DNA of 64,000 nt. It comes from an uncultured Acidobacteriota bacterium. Lineage in GTDB: Bacteria; Acidobacteriota; UBA6911; RPQK01; JAPXNP01. The stretch is from contig CAVZRV010000031.1 in NCBI GenBank assembly GCA_963777605.1, positions 160,001-224,000 on the forward strand. Direction: 5' to 3'. The notes under the pieces were generated by a model. It had not been told where the DNA came from. It saw only the letters and a program-made list of their open reading frames with translations, and ran no database searches. The position numbers were made by a program, and so were the translations under genes. Positions 51,661-64,000 of the stretch are shown piece by piece (position 1 is the first letter of the stretch; the number at the start of each line of letters is the position of its first letter).

Positions 51661-54376
51661 ATGGGAAGCCAATTCCAACTAACCAGGCGAGGTAGCCTGC
51701 TGACGATTCTTATTGGCGCAGCCATCCTGGGCATCGTCATCCTTGGCAATTGTCTCCGGCTTGATCCAGAAGTGGCTGTGGATGGAACAACTCGACTACA
51801 GTTCAATCTTCTGGACACTCCTCTCCGTGAAGTGGCAGATGTTCTGCCTGGCATTTGTGGTTGTGTTCCCGTACCTGTGGATCAATCTCAATCTTGCGGC
51901 AAAGAAAGGCGCTCGCGTCCATGCGGGCAATTCGGAAGGCTCGTTCTACGTTGTCGGGAAAAACGGCGTCCGGATCTCCCCTGCGGGCCTGAAGCTGGCC
52001 ATGGCAACTGCCAGTGCAGTCGTCGCCTGTTTGTTCGCCCTCATGTTCTATGCGCAGTGGGATACTTACCTTCGCTTTCGCTATGGCGGGTCCTTTGGAC
52101 TGTCCGATCCTCTTTTCGGGGTCGACGTCGGGTTTTATCTGTTCCGCCTGCCCTTCTATGAGCTGCTGCAAAACAGCCTGACGGCGTTGTGCCTGAGCAC
52201 ATTCCTGGCTGTTCTGATCGTCTATGGGTACTTCGAAGTCTTGCAGTTCAGTCGCAACGGAGGGCTGAGGAAGGGGAACATCGGGATCCCGCACCTGTCC
52301 GCACTCCTCTTCTTCCTGATTGCGAACTGGGGCTGGGGGTTCTATTTGGATCACTTCCAGCTTCTCTACTCCAATCTGGGAGTCGTGCACGGAGCCGGCT
52401 ATACGGCGGATCATGTGACCAGGATCGCCCTGTGGGTCATGGTGGGCGCCGCGGCGGCACTGTGTGCTTTGCTCGTGCTCAATTTCTTCCGGCCCGCATT
52501 CAGAGCCGTGGTGGTTGGATGCGGAAGCTTCATTGCTTTGTACCTCATCGGGATCCTGCTGGTGCCGGCCCTTTTCCAGCGGTTCATGGTAGAGCCGAAC
52601 GAGCTGGCCCTTGAGAGCTCGTATCTCAAGAACAACATAGAATTCACTCGGCAGGCCTATAACTTGAGCGCCATCCAGGAAACATCCTATCCTGCCCTGG
52701 CGGACCTGACTCCGGAGACGATCGCCAGAAATCAGGAAACGATTCAGAATGTCCGTCTTTGGGACTGGCGACTGCTGCTTCAAACTTATCGCCAAACCCA
52801 GGAAATACGACTCTACTACCAGTTCTACAACGTCGACGTCGATCGTTACCACCTCGCGGACGGTTATCACCAGGTGATGCTGTCCGCCCGCGAACTCTCG
52901 CCAGAGCTGCCTCCGAAGGCTCGAACCTGGGTCAACCAATACCTGCAGTTTACGCACGGTTACGGCATGGTCATGAGCTTCGTGTCGGAGGTCGTCGGAG
53001 AAGGCTTTCCGCAGTACCTGATCGAGAATATTCCCCCGGAATCGGACCCCAGGCTGACGGCGAGCCAACCGGGCGTTTACTATGGCGAGGCGATGCCGGG
53101 GTATCGAATCGTCGGCACCGGAGTGAAGGAGCTCGATTACCCCAAGGGAGACCAGAATGTCTACACGAGCTACCAGGGAAAAGGAGGCGTCCCGCTGGAC
53201 CGGTATTGGAAGCGTCTTCTCTTCTCCTGGACGCAGTCCGATGTCAATATTCTGCTCACCTCCTACCTCGAGCCGGAGAGTCGCATTCAGCTCTGGAGGC
53301 GGGTTCAGGATCGCGTGTCGCAGATCGCTCCCTTCTTGCAGCTCGACAAGGATCCCTATGCCGTAATGAGCGAGGGCAGGCAGTACTGGATCCAGGATGC
53401 CTACACAACCTCCGACCGCTTTCCCTATGCCAATCCGTACACGACCGGCTTCGCACAGAACCTGAACTATATTCGGAATTCCGTGAAGGTTGTCGTGGAC
53501 ATGTACGATGGAACGGTCCTCTTCTACGTCACGGATCCCGCCGATCCGGTCCTGGAGGTCTATCGGCATGCGTTTCCTGGAGTTTTTCAGGACCTCAGCC
53601 AACTCTCGGAAGATCTGAAGCAGCACCTGCGCTACCCCGAAGATCTATTCTCGATCCAGGCAGACTTGTACAGGACCTTTCACATGACACCTCCCCAGGT
53701 TTTCTACAACCAGGAGGACTTGTGGATGCTCCCCCAGCAGAAGTACGCCGGCACGGCGCTCCCTATGGAGCCTTATTACATCCTGATGAAACTTCCCGGA
53801 AGCGACCAGCTCCAGTACCTCCTCATGATGCCGTTTTCGCCTCAAAACCGGGACAACATGGTTGCCTGGATGGCCGCCAGGTGCGACTTCCCTCGGTACG
53901 GAGAGATCCTCGTTTACCAACTCCCGAAGGATAAGCTGGTTCTGGGCCCAATGCAGATCGAGGCAATGATCGATCAGAACACCACGATCTCCGGGCAGCT
54001 GTCTCTCTGGGACCAGAAGGGGTCGAAAGTCACTCGCGGGAACCTGATCGTTATCCCGATCGAGAACTCCTTTCTGTATGTGGAGCCAGTGTACCTCACG
54101 GCCGAAGGCACGAATATTCCGCAACTCAAGCGAGTCATCGTGGTTTCGGGCGACAACGTGGTGATGGAGCCAACCCTCAACGGGGCGCTCAACGCCCTCT
54201 TCGGAACGCAGCAACCCGGGGTGGGTGCGGCGCCGCAGTCCCCCGGCCCGCGGCCTGAGTTGGGGCGAGCGAGAACGCAGCTCGAGGAGGCTCAAAAGGC
54301 TCTCCAGGAGGGAGACTGGGAGAAATTCGGCAAGGCCATGGCGGTACTCGAACGCCTGCTGACCAAGCCTGAATAG
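51661..54376 (+). CDS. UPF0182 family membrane protein (frameshift near the N-terminus)
   Basis: DPLFGVDVGFYLFRLP, VEPNELALE, NVRLWD, FTHGYG, NYIRNSVKVVVD, LRYPEDLF, GNLIVIP, YVEPVY. Confidence 0.93.
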
Positions 54377-54574
54377 AAATCGTCCCGACCGAATCATCCG
54401 TCGGCCGATTTCCAGAAAACGGCGATTTTGGCTTGTTGCCGCGGTGAGCAGTTTTGACCAGGGTCCTGTGCATTTCGGAACGGACAGCAGAATCCTCCCG
54501 GAGTACGGTGAGGCTCGGCTTGTCCTCGCAAGCTCAATGTGCGCGGCGGCGGCAAGCATCGAGAGAAGGAGGAA

Positions 54575-54751
54575 ATGGTGTCGGAAAATAAGGGAGACAA
54601 GGCCCGCTATCATCGCGACCGCAAGAAAAGACATCTGATGCGGAAGCAGGTTCGAGAACTCCGCAACGCAAGTGAAGCTGCAAAGAAAGAGGGTCCAGCG
54701 CCCGAAACGGCAGCAGGAGAAGAGTCGCCTGTGGCAGGACAGGGCAAGTGA
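54575..54751 (+). CDS. Small basic hypothetical protein
   Basis: AAGGAGG RBS; MVSENKGDKARYHRDRKKRHLMRKQVRELR. Confidence 0.55.
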   Translation: MVSENKGDKARYHRDRKKRHLMRKQVRELRNASEAAKKEGPAPETAAGEESPVAGQGK

Positions 54752-55362
54752 TACGGGGCTTTGAGCCCCTCACCGCCGCCGAACCAACCGTGTCATCACT
54801 GAACACGAGCAGGCGGTTCCCGTCCGCTCATCGAATACAAAATTGATGCTTTGATTCGATCGATTCTTGTTTTTCATATCCGCCCGGCCCCACTGGGCTG
54901 CAAAGATCGTTCCCGGATTCAGTCTTTGCAGACGAGTTGCCTGGTGCGGAAGACTGATGTAACGCATCGGCTGAACAGGCCAACCGAGTACATTTCTCAT
55001 TGATGGAGCGGAACGGAGGCATGTATAGTTCTTTGTAAATACACTAATTCTGAGGGAGAGACTTGCTTATGCTGAAGTCCTATTCATGGCTGTCTATGCA
55101 CATAGGAGCCTATGCTCACACGTCCTATGAGACCGCGACAACGCAATCAGCATTCATCCAGAAGGAGATCAAACTTTAGCGCACTGGTGAAATGTGAATA
55201 AGTGAGGTCCGGAAGCGATCAGCCCCCGCATCCTTAACAAAGTCGCCACCGACCGGCCCTCGCCGAACATTCGGTGGCTCGAGACATTCGACGGACCGGG
55301 TACCCGGAGAAGGCTTCGGGAGCCGATCCAGGAAGGCAGCCTGCCATGCGGAGAACGCCTTA

Positions 55363-58300
55363 ATGACGGCAAAGCGCACAAACAAAGCAAACGTTGCTGA
55401 AACACGGGACGGTGCCGAGACTCTCGAGGCGGCTAAGACTGCCCTTCCTCAACCACCGGGTTTCCCCATTGTCGGCATCGGCGCGTCGGCCGGCGGCCTG
55501 GCCGCCTTCGAAGACTTCTTTTCCGGGATGCCCTCCGATGCAGATCCGGGCATGGCTTTTGTGCTCGTGCAGCACCTGGCCCCGGACCACAAGAGCATTC
55601 TTACCGAGCTCGTCCAGCGCTACACCAGCATGCAGGTCTTTGAAGTCGTGGACGGGGTGACGGTACGGCCCAATTGTGCCTACATCATCCCTCCGAACCG
55701 CGACATAGCCCTTCTGAACGGAACCCTCAAACTGACAGAGCCCTCTGCTCCCCATGGCCACCGCCTGCCGATCGACTTCTTCTTTCGCTCGCTGGCCCTG
55801 GACCAGCGCGAGCGAGCGATCTGTATTGTGCTTTCGGGCACAGGAAGCGATGGCACGCTGGGTATGCGGGCCGTCAAAGGCGAGGGCGGCATGGCCATGG
55901 CGCAGACTCCCGCTTCGACCGAGTACGACGGCATGCCCCGCAGTTCCATCGCCACCGGCCTGGTGGATTATGTGCTCTCACCGGCCGAGATGCCGGCCGC
56001 CCTCATCGCCTATTCGGCTCTCGCTTTCAACGGCGGCGCGAGACCTCTCACTGTGGCCCCTTCCCAACCCGAAAATGAGCTGAATGGAATCTTCGTTTTG
56101 TTGCGTTCCCAGATAGGACACGACTTCTCCCAATACAAGCCAACCACGATCCAACGTCGAGTTGAAAGACGCATGGCCGTCCACCAGATCGGGACGATGG
56201 ACAAATATCTCCAGTTCATGCGGCAGACGCCGGCCGAGACGGAGGCGTTGTTTCGCGACCTATTGATCGGCGTGACCAACTTTTTCCGCGACCCGAAGGC
56301 TTTCGAGGCGATCGAGAAACAGGTGATTCCCGAACTCTTTGCCAGTAAGCCCGCGGGTGGCGAGATCCGTGTCTGGACGCCAGGCTGCTCCACCGGAGAG
56401 GAAGCCTATTCCCTTGCCATTCTGCTCAGTGAACACAAGGAGTCGCTGAAGCAGAGCTTCAAGGTCCAATTCTTTGCGACCGATATTGACAGCGAGGCGA
56501 TTTCCACGGCCCGTGCCGGGCTTTATCCGGACAGCATCGAAGCCGATGTTTCTCCGGAACGGCTGGCACGCTACTTCGTCCCTGAGCCCGGAAGCGACTC
56601 CTACCGAATCCGCAAATGCATCCGGGACATGATGGTCTTCTCCGAACAGGACGTGATCAAGGACCCTCCTTTTTCCAATCTCGACCTCATCAGCTGCCGC
56701 AATCTCCTGATCTATATGGACAGAGACTTGCACGAAAAGCTCATGCCCCTGTTCCACTACGCCCTGAGTTCCGGGCGGCTGTCTTTTTCTTGGCACGTCG
56801 GAGTCGATAGGAGAGTTTGAAGACCTTTTCACCACGCTCGACCGCAAGTCCAAGCTGTACCGGCGGAGAGAGGGACTGCTCAAGAGTCGGACCGCAGCCT
56901 TCCGTGGTCTTCCCCGGCGTGTGCAGTGGAAAGCCGGAGAGGTGTCCCAGGCCTCCGGCAGTGCTGCGGACGCGAGGAGGCCGCGCCTGCGAGAACTGAC
57001 CGAACAGGCACTGCTTCAGCAGCTCGCCCCGGCCGCCGCACTCGTCAACGAAGGGGGAGATATCCACTATCTTTACGGCCGTACCGGCATGTATCTGGAG
57101 CCAAACCCGGGCGAGGCCGGCATTAACAACATCCTCAAGATGGCCCGCGAGGGATTACTGTGCAAACTGACGACGGCTCTGCACCGGTGCGCTTCCGAGC
57201 AGACCATCGTGCGCTGCCCGGGATTGCTGATCAAAACCAACGGCGGCTTCACCTCGGCCAACCTGACCGTCCTGCCGGTGGCCGCCGGTCCTGGCCCGGC
57301 GCCCGACTTCCAGCTCTACCTCGTCATCCTTGAGGACGCGCCGCCCTCCTCATCCGATCAGGCGCAGCGGGGGGCCGCCTCAAGACTCGAGGAAGGGGCA
57401 GACGATGAATTCGGAGATGCCGACTCCCGCATCGCCGCACTCAAGAGGGCATTGATAGCAAAAGAGGAATACCTCGAGAGCACAAACGAAGAACTGGAAA
57501 GTTCGAATGAGGCAACTCAGAGCCACCAACGAAGAACTGCAATCCACCAACGAAGAACTGCAATCCACCAACGAAGAACTGGAGACCTCCAAGGAGGAAC
57601 TGCAGTCCATCAACGAGGAGTTGGCCACGGTCAATGCCGAGCTGAACAACAAGGTGGTCGATCTGGTGCAGACAAACAACGACATGAACAATTTACTGGC
57701 CGGCACCGGCATCGCCACTGTCTTCGTGGACCATCAACTGCGGATCCTTCGCTTCACACCCGCCGCTACCCAGATCATCAACCTGATTCTAAGCGACGTC
57801 GGGCGCCCTGTCGGCCACATCGTCTCCAACCTGACTGGCTACGACCTACTTTCTGTCGACACCCAGATTGTCATGGACACCCTGATTCCCAAAGAGGTCG
57901 AAGTGCAGACGGTGGCGGGCAAGTGGTTTACCTTGGGCATCCGACCTTATCGGACCCTGGAAAATGTGATCGAAGGCGCCGTGATCACTTTCGTTGACAT
58001 TAACAAGATGAAAGCGACTCAGGAAGCTCTCAAGGAGAGCGAATTCCGCTTTCGACAGTTCGTGGAGTCCGTGCCGCAGCTCGTGTGGGCCTGCGATTGC
58101 GACGGCTTCTCCGACTACCTGAGTCCCCAGTGGATCGAATTCACGGGCACGCCGGAGAGTGAACAGCTGGGCTCCGGGTGGCTTGACCGGATCCACCCGG
58201 AGGATCGACCCAAATTGAAAGCGGTGTGGGAGACGGTGACGACCGGGAAGAAGCTCGATCCAATTGCATACCGCATCCGCCGCCACAACGGCGATTATCA

Positions 58301-58421
58301 CTGGTTCGAAACGCGCGCAACTGCCTTGCCCGATGCAGATGGCCGGATCGTGAGGTGGTTCGGCGTTTGCGCGGAGACGACGGGCCGCCGGCCGCAAGAC
58401 CCGTCAGAGCGGGAGCAATGA
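55363..58421 (+). CDS. CheB-CheR-PAS fusion protein (frameshifts ~56785 and ~57510)
   Basis: CheB: GIGASAGG, VQHL, LSGTGSDG, MPRS; CheR: IGVTNFFRD, GCSTGEEAYS, ATDID, SCRNLLIY; STNEEL heptads; two PAS domains. Confidence 0.92.
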
Positions 58422-60211
58422 GTAAAGAACAACAAGAGGAGGGTCCCGCGATGGACCATGAGGTTGACCGAAACGAAGATCTCGATTCCTCGACAGACCA
58501 GAAAGGCGACCTGCGCAGGCGGGCCGAAGAGGTCGCCCTGGAGAGGAGCAGCGAGTCCCGGAACCGACTGGAGAACCTGTCGCCGGAAGCAGCCCGGAGA
58601 GCACTCCATGAGTTGTGGGTCCACCAGATCGAGTTGGAGATGCAGAACGAAGAGTTGCGCCGAACCCAGGAACTGCTGGATGCCTCTCGGGCACGCTACT
58701 TCGACCTCTATGACCTGGCCCCAATAGGTTATTGCACCGTCAATAGAGCAGGTGTAGTCGAGGAGGCCAACCTCACCGCCGCGAACCTGCTTGGGGTACC
58801 GAGAGGTGCGCTTGTCAATGTACCTCTGACCCGATTCATCCTCAACGAGGAACAGGACACCTACTATTTTCAATTCAAGAAGGCCTTCGAAACCGGTGAT
58901 CCCCAGGAAAGCGAACTGCGCATGCGAAAAGCTGACCGCACCCCATTCTGGGCCCACCTGGCGACCTGTGCCACGACGAATCATGACGGCGAGCCCATGT
59001 GCCGCGTCGTGATCGGCGATATCAGCGCACGCAAGCATGCCGAGGAGGAGAAGACCAAAATCGAAAGGCAGCTTCAACAGGCCCGGAAGTTGGAATCGAT
59101 CGGCCAACTGGCGGGCGGCGTCGCGCACGACTTTAACAATATGCTGGCAGTAATCCTCGGCTATGTGGAGATCGCGATCGAGCAGGTAGATGCCGACGAA
59201 CCGCTGCGATCCGACCTTCTGGAGATTCGCAAGGCGGCTCTGCGATCCGCAGACGTCACACGGCAGCTTCTGGCGTTCGCGTGCAAACAGCCCGTCATCC
59301 CGAAGGTGTTGGACCTCAACGAAGTCGTGGCCGGGATGGTGGGAATGCTGCGGAAGCTCATCGGAGAAAATATCGAGATCGAATGGCGGCCGGGAGTGAG
59401 CGTGTGGCCGGTCGAGGCTGACCAGTCTCAAATCGAACAGGCTGTGGCAAATCTGTGTATCAATGTCCGCGATGCCGTCACGGACGTCGGCAAGATCCTA
59501 CTTGAAACAGGAAACAGCGTCTTGGATGAAGCCTTCTGTGCCTCTCGAAAGTCCTGTGTCCCCGGAGAGTACGTGTGGCTCGCCGTCCGCGACAACGGCT
59601 GCGGAATGAACGCGGACACTCTGGCCCACCTTTTCGAGCCGTTCTTCACGACAAAGGAAATCGGTAAGGGTACCGGCTTGGGCCTGGCCACAGTCTACGG
59701 CGCAATCAAGCAGAACCACGGTTTCGTCGATGTCCGCAGCAAGCAGGGCGAGGGAACCACGTTCACGCTCTATCTACCTCGGTATGTGGGAGATGTGCAA
59801 CTGGCGCCCCCGAAAGCCTCTCCTAAAGCGATCCGGCCCGGCGCGGAGACCATCTTGCTGGTGGAAGATGAGCCCAGCGTTCGGAGACTGGCCGCGAAAA
59901 TGCTTGAGAGGCAGGGCTATACCGTGATGTTGGCAGCCACTCCCGACGAAGCGATCCGCCTCGTCCGGGAGCGCACCGGCGAGATCAACCTTCTCTTGAC
60001 CGATGTGGCCATGGCTGGGATGAACGGCTGGGATCTGGCCCAGGCTCTGCGCCGCATTTGTCCGTCCATCAAGCGCCTGTTCATGTCGGGTTATACCGAC
60101 GATGCCATCTCACAGCACGTCGCGACGGATGAGCAGCTGAATTTCATTCACAAGCCCTTCTCGTCACGAGAACTGATCGTCAAAGTCCGGCAGGCGTTGG
60201 ACGGCCGATAG
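58418..60211 (+). CDS. Hybrid sensor histidine kinase (PAS-HisKA-HATPase-REC)
   Basis: [63 protein letters not shown]. Confidence 0.95.
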   Translation: MSKEQQEEGPAMDHEVDRNEDLDSSTDQKGDLRRRAEEVALERSSESRNRLENLSPEAARRALHELWVHQIELEMQNEELRRTQELLDASRARYFDLYDLAPIGYCTVNRAGVVEEANLTAANLLGVPRGALVNVPLTRFILNEEQDTYYFQFKKAFETGDPQESELRMRKADRTPFWAHLATCATTNHDGEPMCRVVIGDISARKHAEEEKTKIERQLQQARKLESIGQLAGGVAHDFNNMLAVILGYVEIAIEQVDADEPLRSDLLEIRKAALRSADVTRQLLAFACKQPVIPKVLDLNEVVAGMVGMLRKLIGENIEIEWRPGVSVWPVEADQSQIEQAVANLCINVRDAVTDVGKILLETGNSVLDEAFCASRKSCVPGEYVWLAVRDNGCGMNADTLAHLFEPFFTTKEIGKGTGLGLATVYGAIKQNHGFVDVRSKQGEGTTFTLYLPRYVGDVQLAPPKASPKAIRPGAETILLVEDEPSVRRLAAKMLERQGYTVMLAATPDEAIRLVRERTGEINLLLTDVAMAGMNGWDLAQALRRICPSIKRLFMSGYTDDAISQHVATDEQLNFIHKPFSSRELIVKVRQALDGR

Positions 60212-60372
60212 GAGATCGACCAGAAGGAACGAGCCGACCTGGCCAGGGCCACTGAACTGGCAGAGGCTCGGTTAGTGAATAAGCCGCAGTTCCGGCCTTG
60301 AATCACTTCGAGCGGAAATCGGCTGGATGGACTGCAATGATAAAGATCAGCTTGACGAAACGCACAAAGAGA

Positions 60373-62236
60373 ATGTTGCTCATATCCGGCGTCCTATTGT
60401 GGCCATTCTTGTGTCCTGGATGCTCTCAATGAATGGGGGAAAGGACAGGCCGATCGGATCAACTACTCGGAACTGGTCAGCCTGTCGAAAGAAGCCAGGT
60501 TCAGGAGTACGGCTTCGACGCCCCTCATCCTCACGGACAGCGGGTTGAAGGGAAGATACGTCAAGAACGGTTCAGAGACTGAAAGAAGTTTCGAAGGGAT
60601 CATTCCCGACGGCTCCCAGAAGAGCCTGGCTGACACGCTGGTTGCTCAAGGGCTCATCGTGAAGGTTCAGACCGGGACACAGCATTCGTGGAGTTCTCTG
60701 CTTCTCACTCTCGGATTGCCGATTCTTCTCATCGCAGGCGCTATCTACTTCACGGCAGTCCGATTGATAGGCAAAAACAGTGGCAACGACCTCAGCTCAA
60801 TAGGAAAAAGCCGAGCCAAGCTGTGGATGACGTCTTCGAAAAAGGTGACATTTCGGGATGTGGCAGGAGCGGACGAAGCGAAGGAAGAATTGCAGGAAAT
60901 CGTCGAATTCCTGCAGGATCCGGCCCGGTTTCAAACACTCGGAGGGAAAATCCCAAGAGGTGTCCTGATGACGGGCCCTCCGGGTACTGGAAAAACTCTG
61001 CTGGCGAGGGCCGTGGCGGGTGAGGCCAGTGTCCCCTTTTTCAGTATCAGCGGTTCAGAGTTCGTTGAAATGTTTGTCGGCGTGGGTGCGAGCCGGGTCA
61101 GGAACCTCTTTGAAGTGGGGAAACGGCATGCCCCGTGCCTGGTTTTCATTGATGAGATTGATGCCATCGGGCGGCGGCGTGGAGCGGGGCTGGGCAGCGG
61201 CCACGATGAGAGAGAACAGGCATTGAACCAGCTGCTCTCGGAGATGGACGGTTTCGAGCCCAGCGAAGGCGTCATCGTACTCGGCGCCACAAACCGCCCT
61301 GATATTTTGGATCCAGCCCTGCTTCGCCCCGGCCGCTTTGATCGACATGTGGAGGTTGGACTGCCGGACAGCAAGGGTCGTGAAGGCATCCTGAGAGTGC
61401 ACCTGCGCAGTATCCCGATGTCCGACGATGTCGAGATTCCGCTTCTGGCACGCAGCACGCAAGGATTCTCCGGGGCTCAGTTGGAGAGCCTGGTCAATGA
61501 GGCCGCCTTGAGAGGCGCCCGCTTCAATCGGGATGCGGTGACCATGGACGACTTCCTCGAGGAGAAAGACAAGAGCATGATGGGCCGGGAGCGAAGATCC
61601 CTGGTAGTCAGTGCAAGAGAACGGACGTGCGCAGCCTATCGTGAGGCCGGGCATACCCTGGTTGCCTGGCTGCTCCCCGAGTCGGATCCAGTGCAGAAGG
61701 TCACCATCATCCCCCGGGCCAACGATATCGGCACAACGGTGCAAGTCCCCGAAGATGGCCGGTACCGACCGACAAAGCAGCATTTGGAGTCAGCGATCGC
61801 CATACTCATGGCACGAAGATGCGCCGAAGAACTCTTCCTGGGCAGCGCCACCTCAGCGGTAGCCAAGGACTTGAGCGAAGCCACCAGGTTGGCCCACAGG
61901 ATGGTCTGCGAATGGGGCATGGCCGAGGAGTTGGGCCCGATCGCTCTGGGCGGACGGGATGAAAACGTCTTCCTGGGGACAGAAATCACTCGTCGGCGCA
62001 AATACGGTGAAGTGACCTCCACCAGTATTGATCAAGCCGTCAGGAGAGTGGTGCTGCAAGGGACTAGCAAAGCGAGAACTATCCTCGAGTCTGGGCGCAG
62101 TACTGTCGTGCGGCTGGCCGATGCGCTTCAAGAATGCGGGAGCCTCGACTCGCGCCAGCTCAAGAACCTCATCGGCGCAGAAGGAGACAGCTTTCGGCCA
62201 TCGGAGGTGCAATCGGCGGGTCATTCTCATCCGTAG
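60373..62236 (+). CDS. ftsH: FtsH-family AAA+ protease with degenerate HEXXH (N-terminal frameshift)
   Basis: [46 protein letters not shown]; protease motif reads YREAGH. Confidence 0.88.
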
Positions 62237-62383
62237 GAAGGGGAAGGGTTGAAGCAGCGGAAGGGGCGGCACAAAAAGATGTCTCCGCAGGCAGTCGATC
62301 ATGGCGTTTCGACTTGGAGCCCGGTATGATTCGATCGATTCGAACAATTTCGATTTCCCATCGGATTGGAGGTAGACCCCACA

Positions 62384-64000
62384 ATGCGAGGACACCTTCC
62401 TTGTAAACCAGGCGTATTCATGCTCTGTTTGGCAGGCTTCCTGCTTACGATGGTCTCCTGTACCGGACCGGATGCCTCCGTTCCAGCGGAGACGGCAGGA
62501 AATCTTGAGGGATTGAGATCCCTCTGGACCCCGGTCGGGCTCACCGGAGGGGGGGCCATGTACATGCCAGCAGTCTCACCGCATGACCCGAACCTCATTC
62601 TGATTACCTGCGACATGAGTGGAGCCTATCGCACCACTGACGGCGGCATGACGTGGGACATGATCCATTATTCCCAGCTGATGGGATCGACCCGATGCCG
62701 GTCGGTGTTTCACCCGCAAGATCCTGACGTCATCTTCGGCGCTCACGGCTATCGAGGTGGTCTCAGGGTCAGCCGGGACCGTGGTCTGACCTGGAGTCCG
62801 CTGGGAGAAGGTCTTCCCGCGGGGCTCCTGGAACTGGCCATCGACAGTGTCAACGGGGGCTTCATGCTGGCGGGCACCCGCGAGGCAATCTACTTTTCCA
62901 CCGACGGCGGCCTGAGCTGGAAGCAGAGTGCCGGGTTCAGCGGCCGTCCGGTCGGCCTCCAAATCGCCCCGCCTGACGCCCAGGGGAAGCGGACCTGCTT
63001 TGCCGCCTCAACGGAGGCAGTCTTTGTATCCGCGAGTGACGGGGCGTCCTGGGAGAAGATCGGACAGGGACTGCCCGACAAGGTGCTGGTGGATTTCGCC
63101 GGGGGCTCCCGGGCCGGTCAAACCACCCTCTACTGCGTCACCGAGAGCGAGATCGCCGGCGGTAAGTACGTCGGCGGCGTCTACCGCTCGACGGACGGAG
63201 GACTAACCTGGAAACAGGCCATGGGGAAAGGGATTGACGTATCCGAAAGAGTGTTTACCAGAGGCGACACGCGCCGGGTGATGGTTCCCAGTTACACCTT
63301 CTTAGTGACCAACAATGTGCGACCCGAGACAGTCTACGTTGCCCAGTCCCGGCCCGGCCAGGTCTATCGCAGCGAGGACGCCGGCGAGAGCTGGGAGCCG
63401 ACCTACTTCGCCAATCCCGACGAAGAGGGGTTCAACGTGGAACCGAGTTACTCCATGGCTGAAACCGGCCGGGGAGGCAGCACGGCATCCGGCCTGGGTA
63501 TCGATCCGAATAACCCGGACCGAGTGGTGATGACCGACTGGTTCAAGTGCCAGATCACCAACGACGGAGGCAAGAGCTGGCAAACCCTCCACACGCGAAG
63601 CGCCGAACCGGAGCGCGGCCTGGCCAAGGGACAGCGGTGGATCAACAACGGCCTGGTGGTGACCACCACCTGGTTCTACTACATCGACCCCTTCGAACGG
63701 AATCGCCACTACATCGCCTATACCGACGTGAAATTTGCCCGAAGTGAAGACGCCGGCAAGACCTGGATCTCGGACTTCGCCGCCCCCCTGCGCAACACGA
63801 CCTATGAACTGGCGTTCGATCCGGAAACCCCCGGGAAGATCTGGGGCGCCTTTGCCGACATGCACGACATTCCGAACGGAAACATCATTCTCGGACGGCA
63901 CTACCGAGAACAGTCCGGTGGGGGAGTGGGAATCAGCGAGGACTTTGCCGTCAGCTGGAAAGACACGTCTGAAGGCCTCCCCCAGGAGCCAGTGACGTCC
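62384..64000 (+). CDS. BNR/Asp-box repeat beta-propeller lipoprotein (GH74/VPS10-like), runs off window
   Basis: Manual translation: GGAGG RBS, lipobox MVSC, GLTGGGAMYMPAVSPHDPN..CDMSGAYRTTDGGMTW; repeated S/T-x-D-G-G-x-T/S-W; absent from the ORF track because there is no stop before the window end. Confidence 0.85.
   Translation, partial: MRGHLPCKPGVFMLCLAGFLLTMVSCTGPDASVPAETAGNLEGLRSLWTPVGLTGGGAMYMPAVSPHDPNLILITCDMSGAYRTTDGGMTWDMIHYSQLMGSTRCRSVFHPQDPDVIFGAHGYRGGLRVSRDRGLTWSPLGEGLPAGLLELAIDSVNGGFMLAGTREAIYFSTDGGLSWKQSAGFSGRPVGLQIAPPDAQGKRTCFAASTEAVFVSASDGASWEKIGQGLPDKVLVDFAGGSRAGQTTLYCVTESEIAGGKYVGGVYRSTDGGLTWKQAMGKGIDVSERVFTRGDTRRVMVPSYTFLVTNNVRPETVYVAQSRPGQVYRSEDAGESWEPTYFANPDEEGFNVEPSYSMAETGRGGSTASGLGIDPNNPDRVVMTDWFKCQITNDGGKSWQTLHTRSAEPERGLAKGQRWINNGLVVTTTWFYYIDPFERNRHYIAYTDVKFARSEDAGKTWISDFAAPLRNTTYELAFDPETPGKIWGAFADMHDIPNGNIILGRHYREQSGGGVGISEDFAVSWKDTSEGLPQEPVTS

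Noticed and set aside
51803-53626. 607-aa minus-strand ORF and similar long antisense ORFs (e.g. 30142-31344, 32198-33298, 58298-59431)
   Set aside because: Shadow frames of well-supported genes in GC-rich DNA; no motifs of their own.
57523-57620. 21-bp tandem repeats (ccaccaacgaagaactgcaat) as a CRISPR or VNTR
   Set aside because: No spacers; they encode the standard STNEELQ heptads of CheB-CheR fusions.

Overview
GC-rich bacterial DNA, most likely Acidobacteriota (GWxTD protein, Acidobacteria-type TonB-dependent receptor, BNR-repeat lipoprotein). Many genes carry frameshifts, densely in 1-24.6 kb and sparsely in 26.7-48 kb, so coordinates of broken genes are approximate and long-read indel errors cannot be separated from real decay. 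1-21.3 kb is a nucleoside/5-substituted-pentose scavenging region: split transketolase plus a form IV RuBisCO-like protein (KDDH, Rhodospirillum rubrum type), phosphopentomutase, three nucleoside hydrolases (at least two secreted), a ureide/GRP-type permease, a TonB-dependent receptor, a URO-D/MtaA-like protein, two mtnA, mtnK and an RpiR regulator, interspersed with IS3, IS91+integrase, IS630 and IS200 remnants. It is the best candidate for an undescribed system: an extracellular MTA/5'-deoxyadenosine scavenging route ending in RLP plus transketolase rather than RLP plus cupin. The rest holds a dGTPase, a mini-IS6, an S9 peptidase, a sulfatase, a broken PAS/receiver/B12-binding module, an NnrR-like regulator with DUF1858 and ferredoxin, an FmdE/TauE/MarR cluster, a large ars operon (arsR, permease, arsE-like, arsM, acr3, arsC, arsF-like, arsG-like) with two matching operator palindromes, exported hydrolases, UPF0182, CheB-CheR-PAS plus a hybrid kinase, an FtsH lacking the first HEXXH histidine, and a partial BNR-repeat lipoprotein. 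No rRNA, tRNA or CRISPR array was seen. Family assignments come from motifs recognised by eye, not from database searches.
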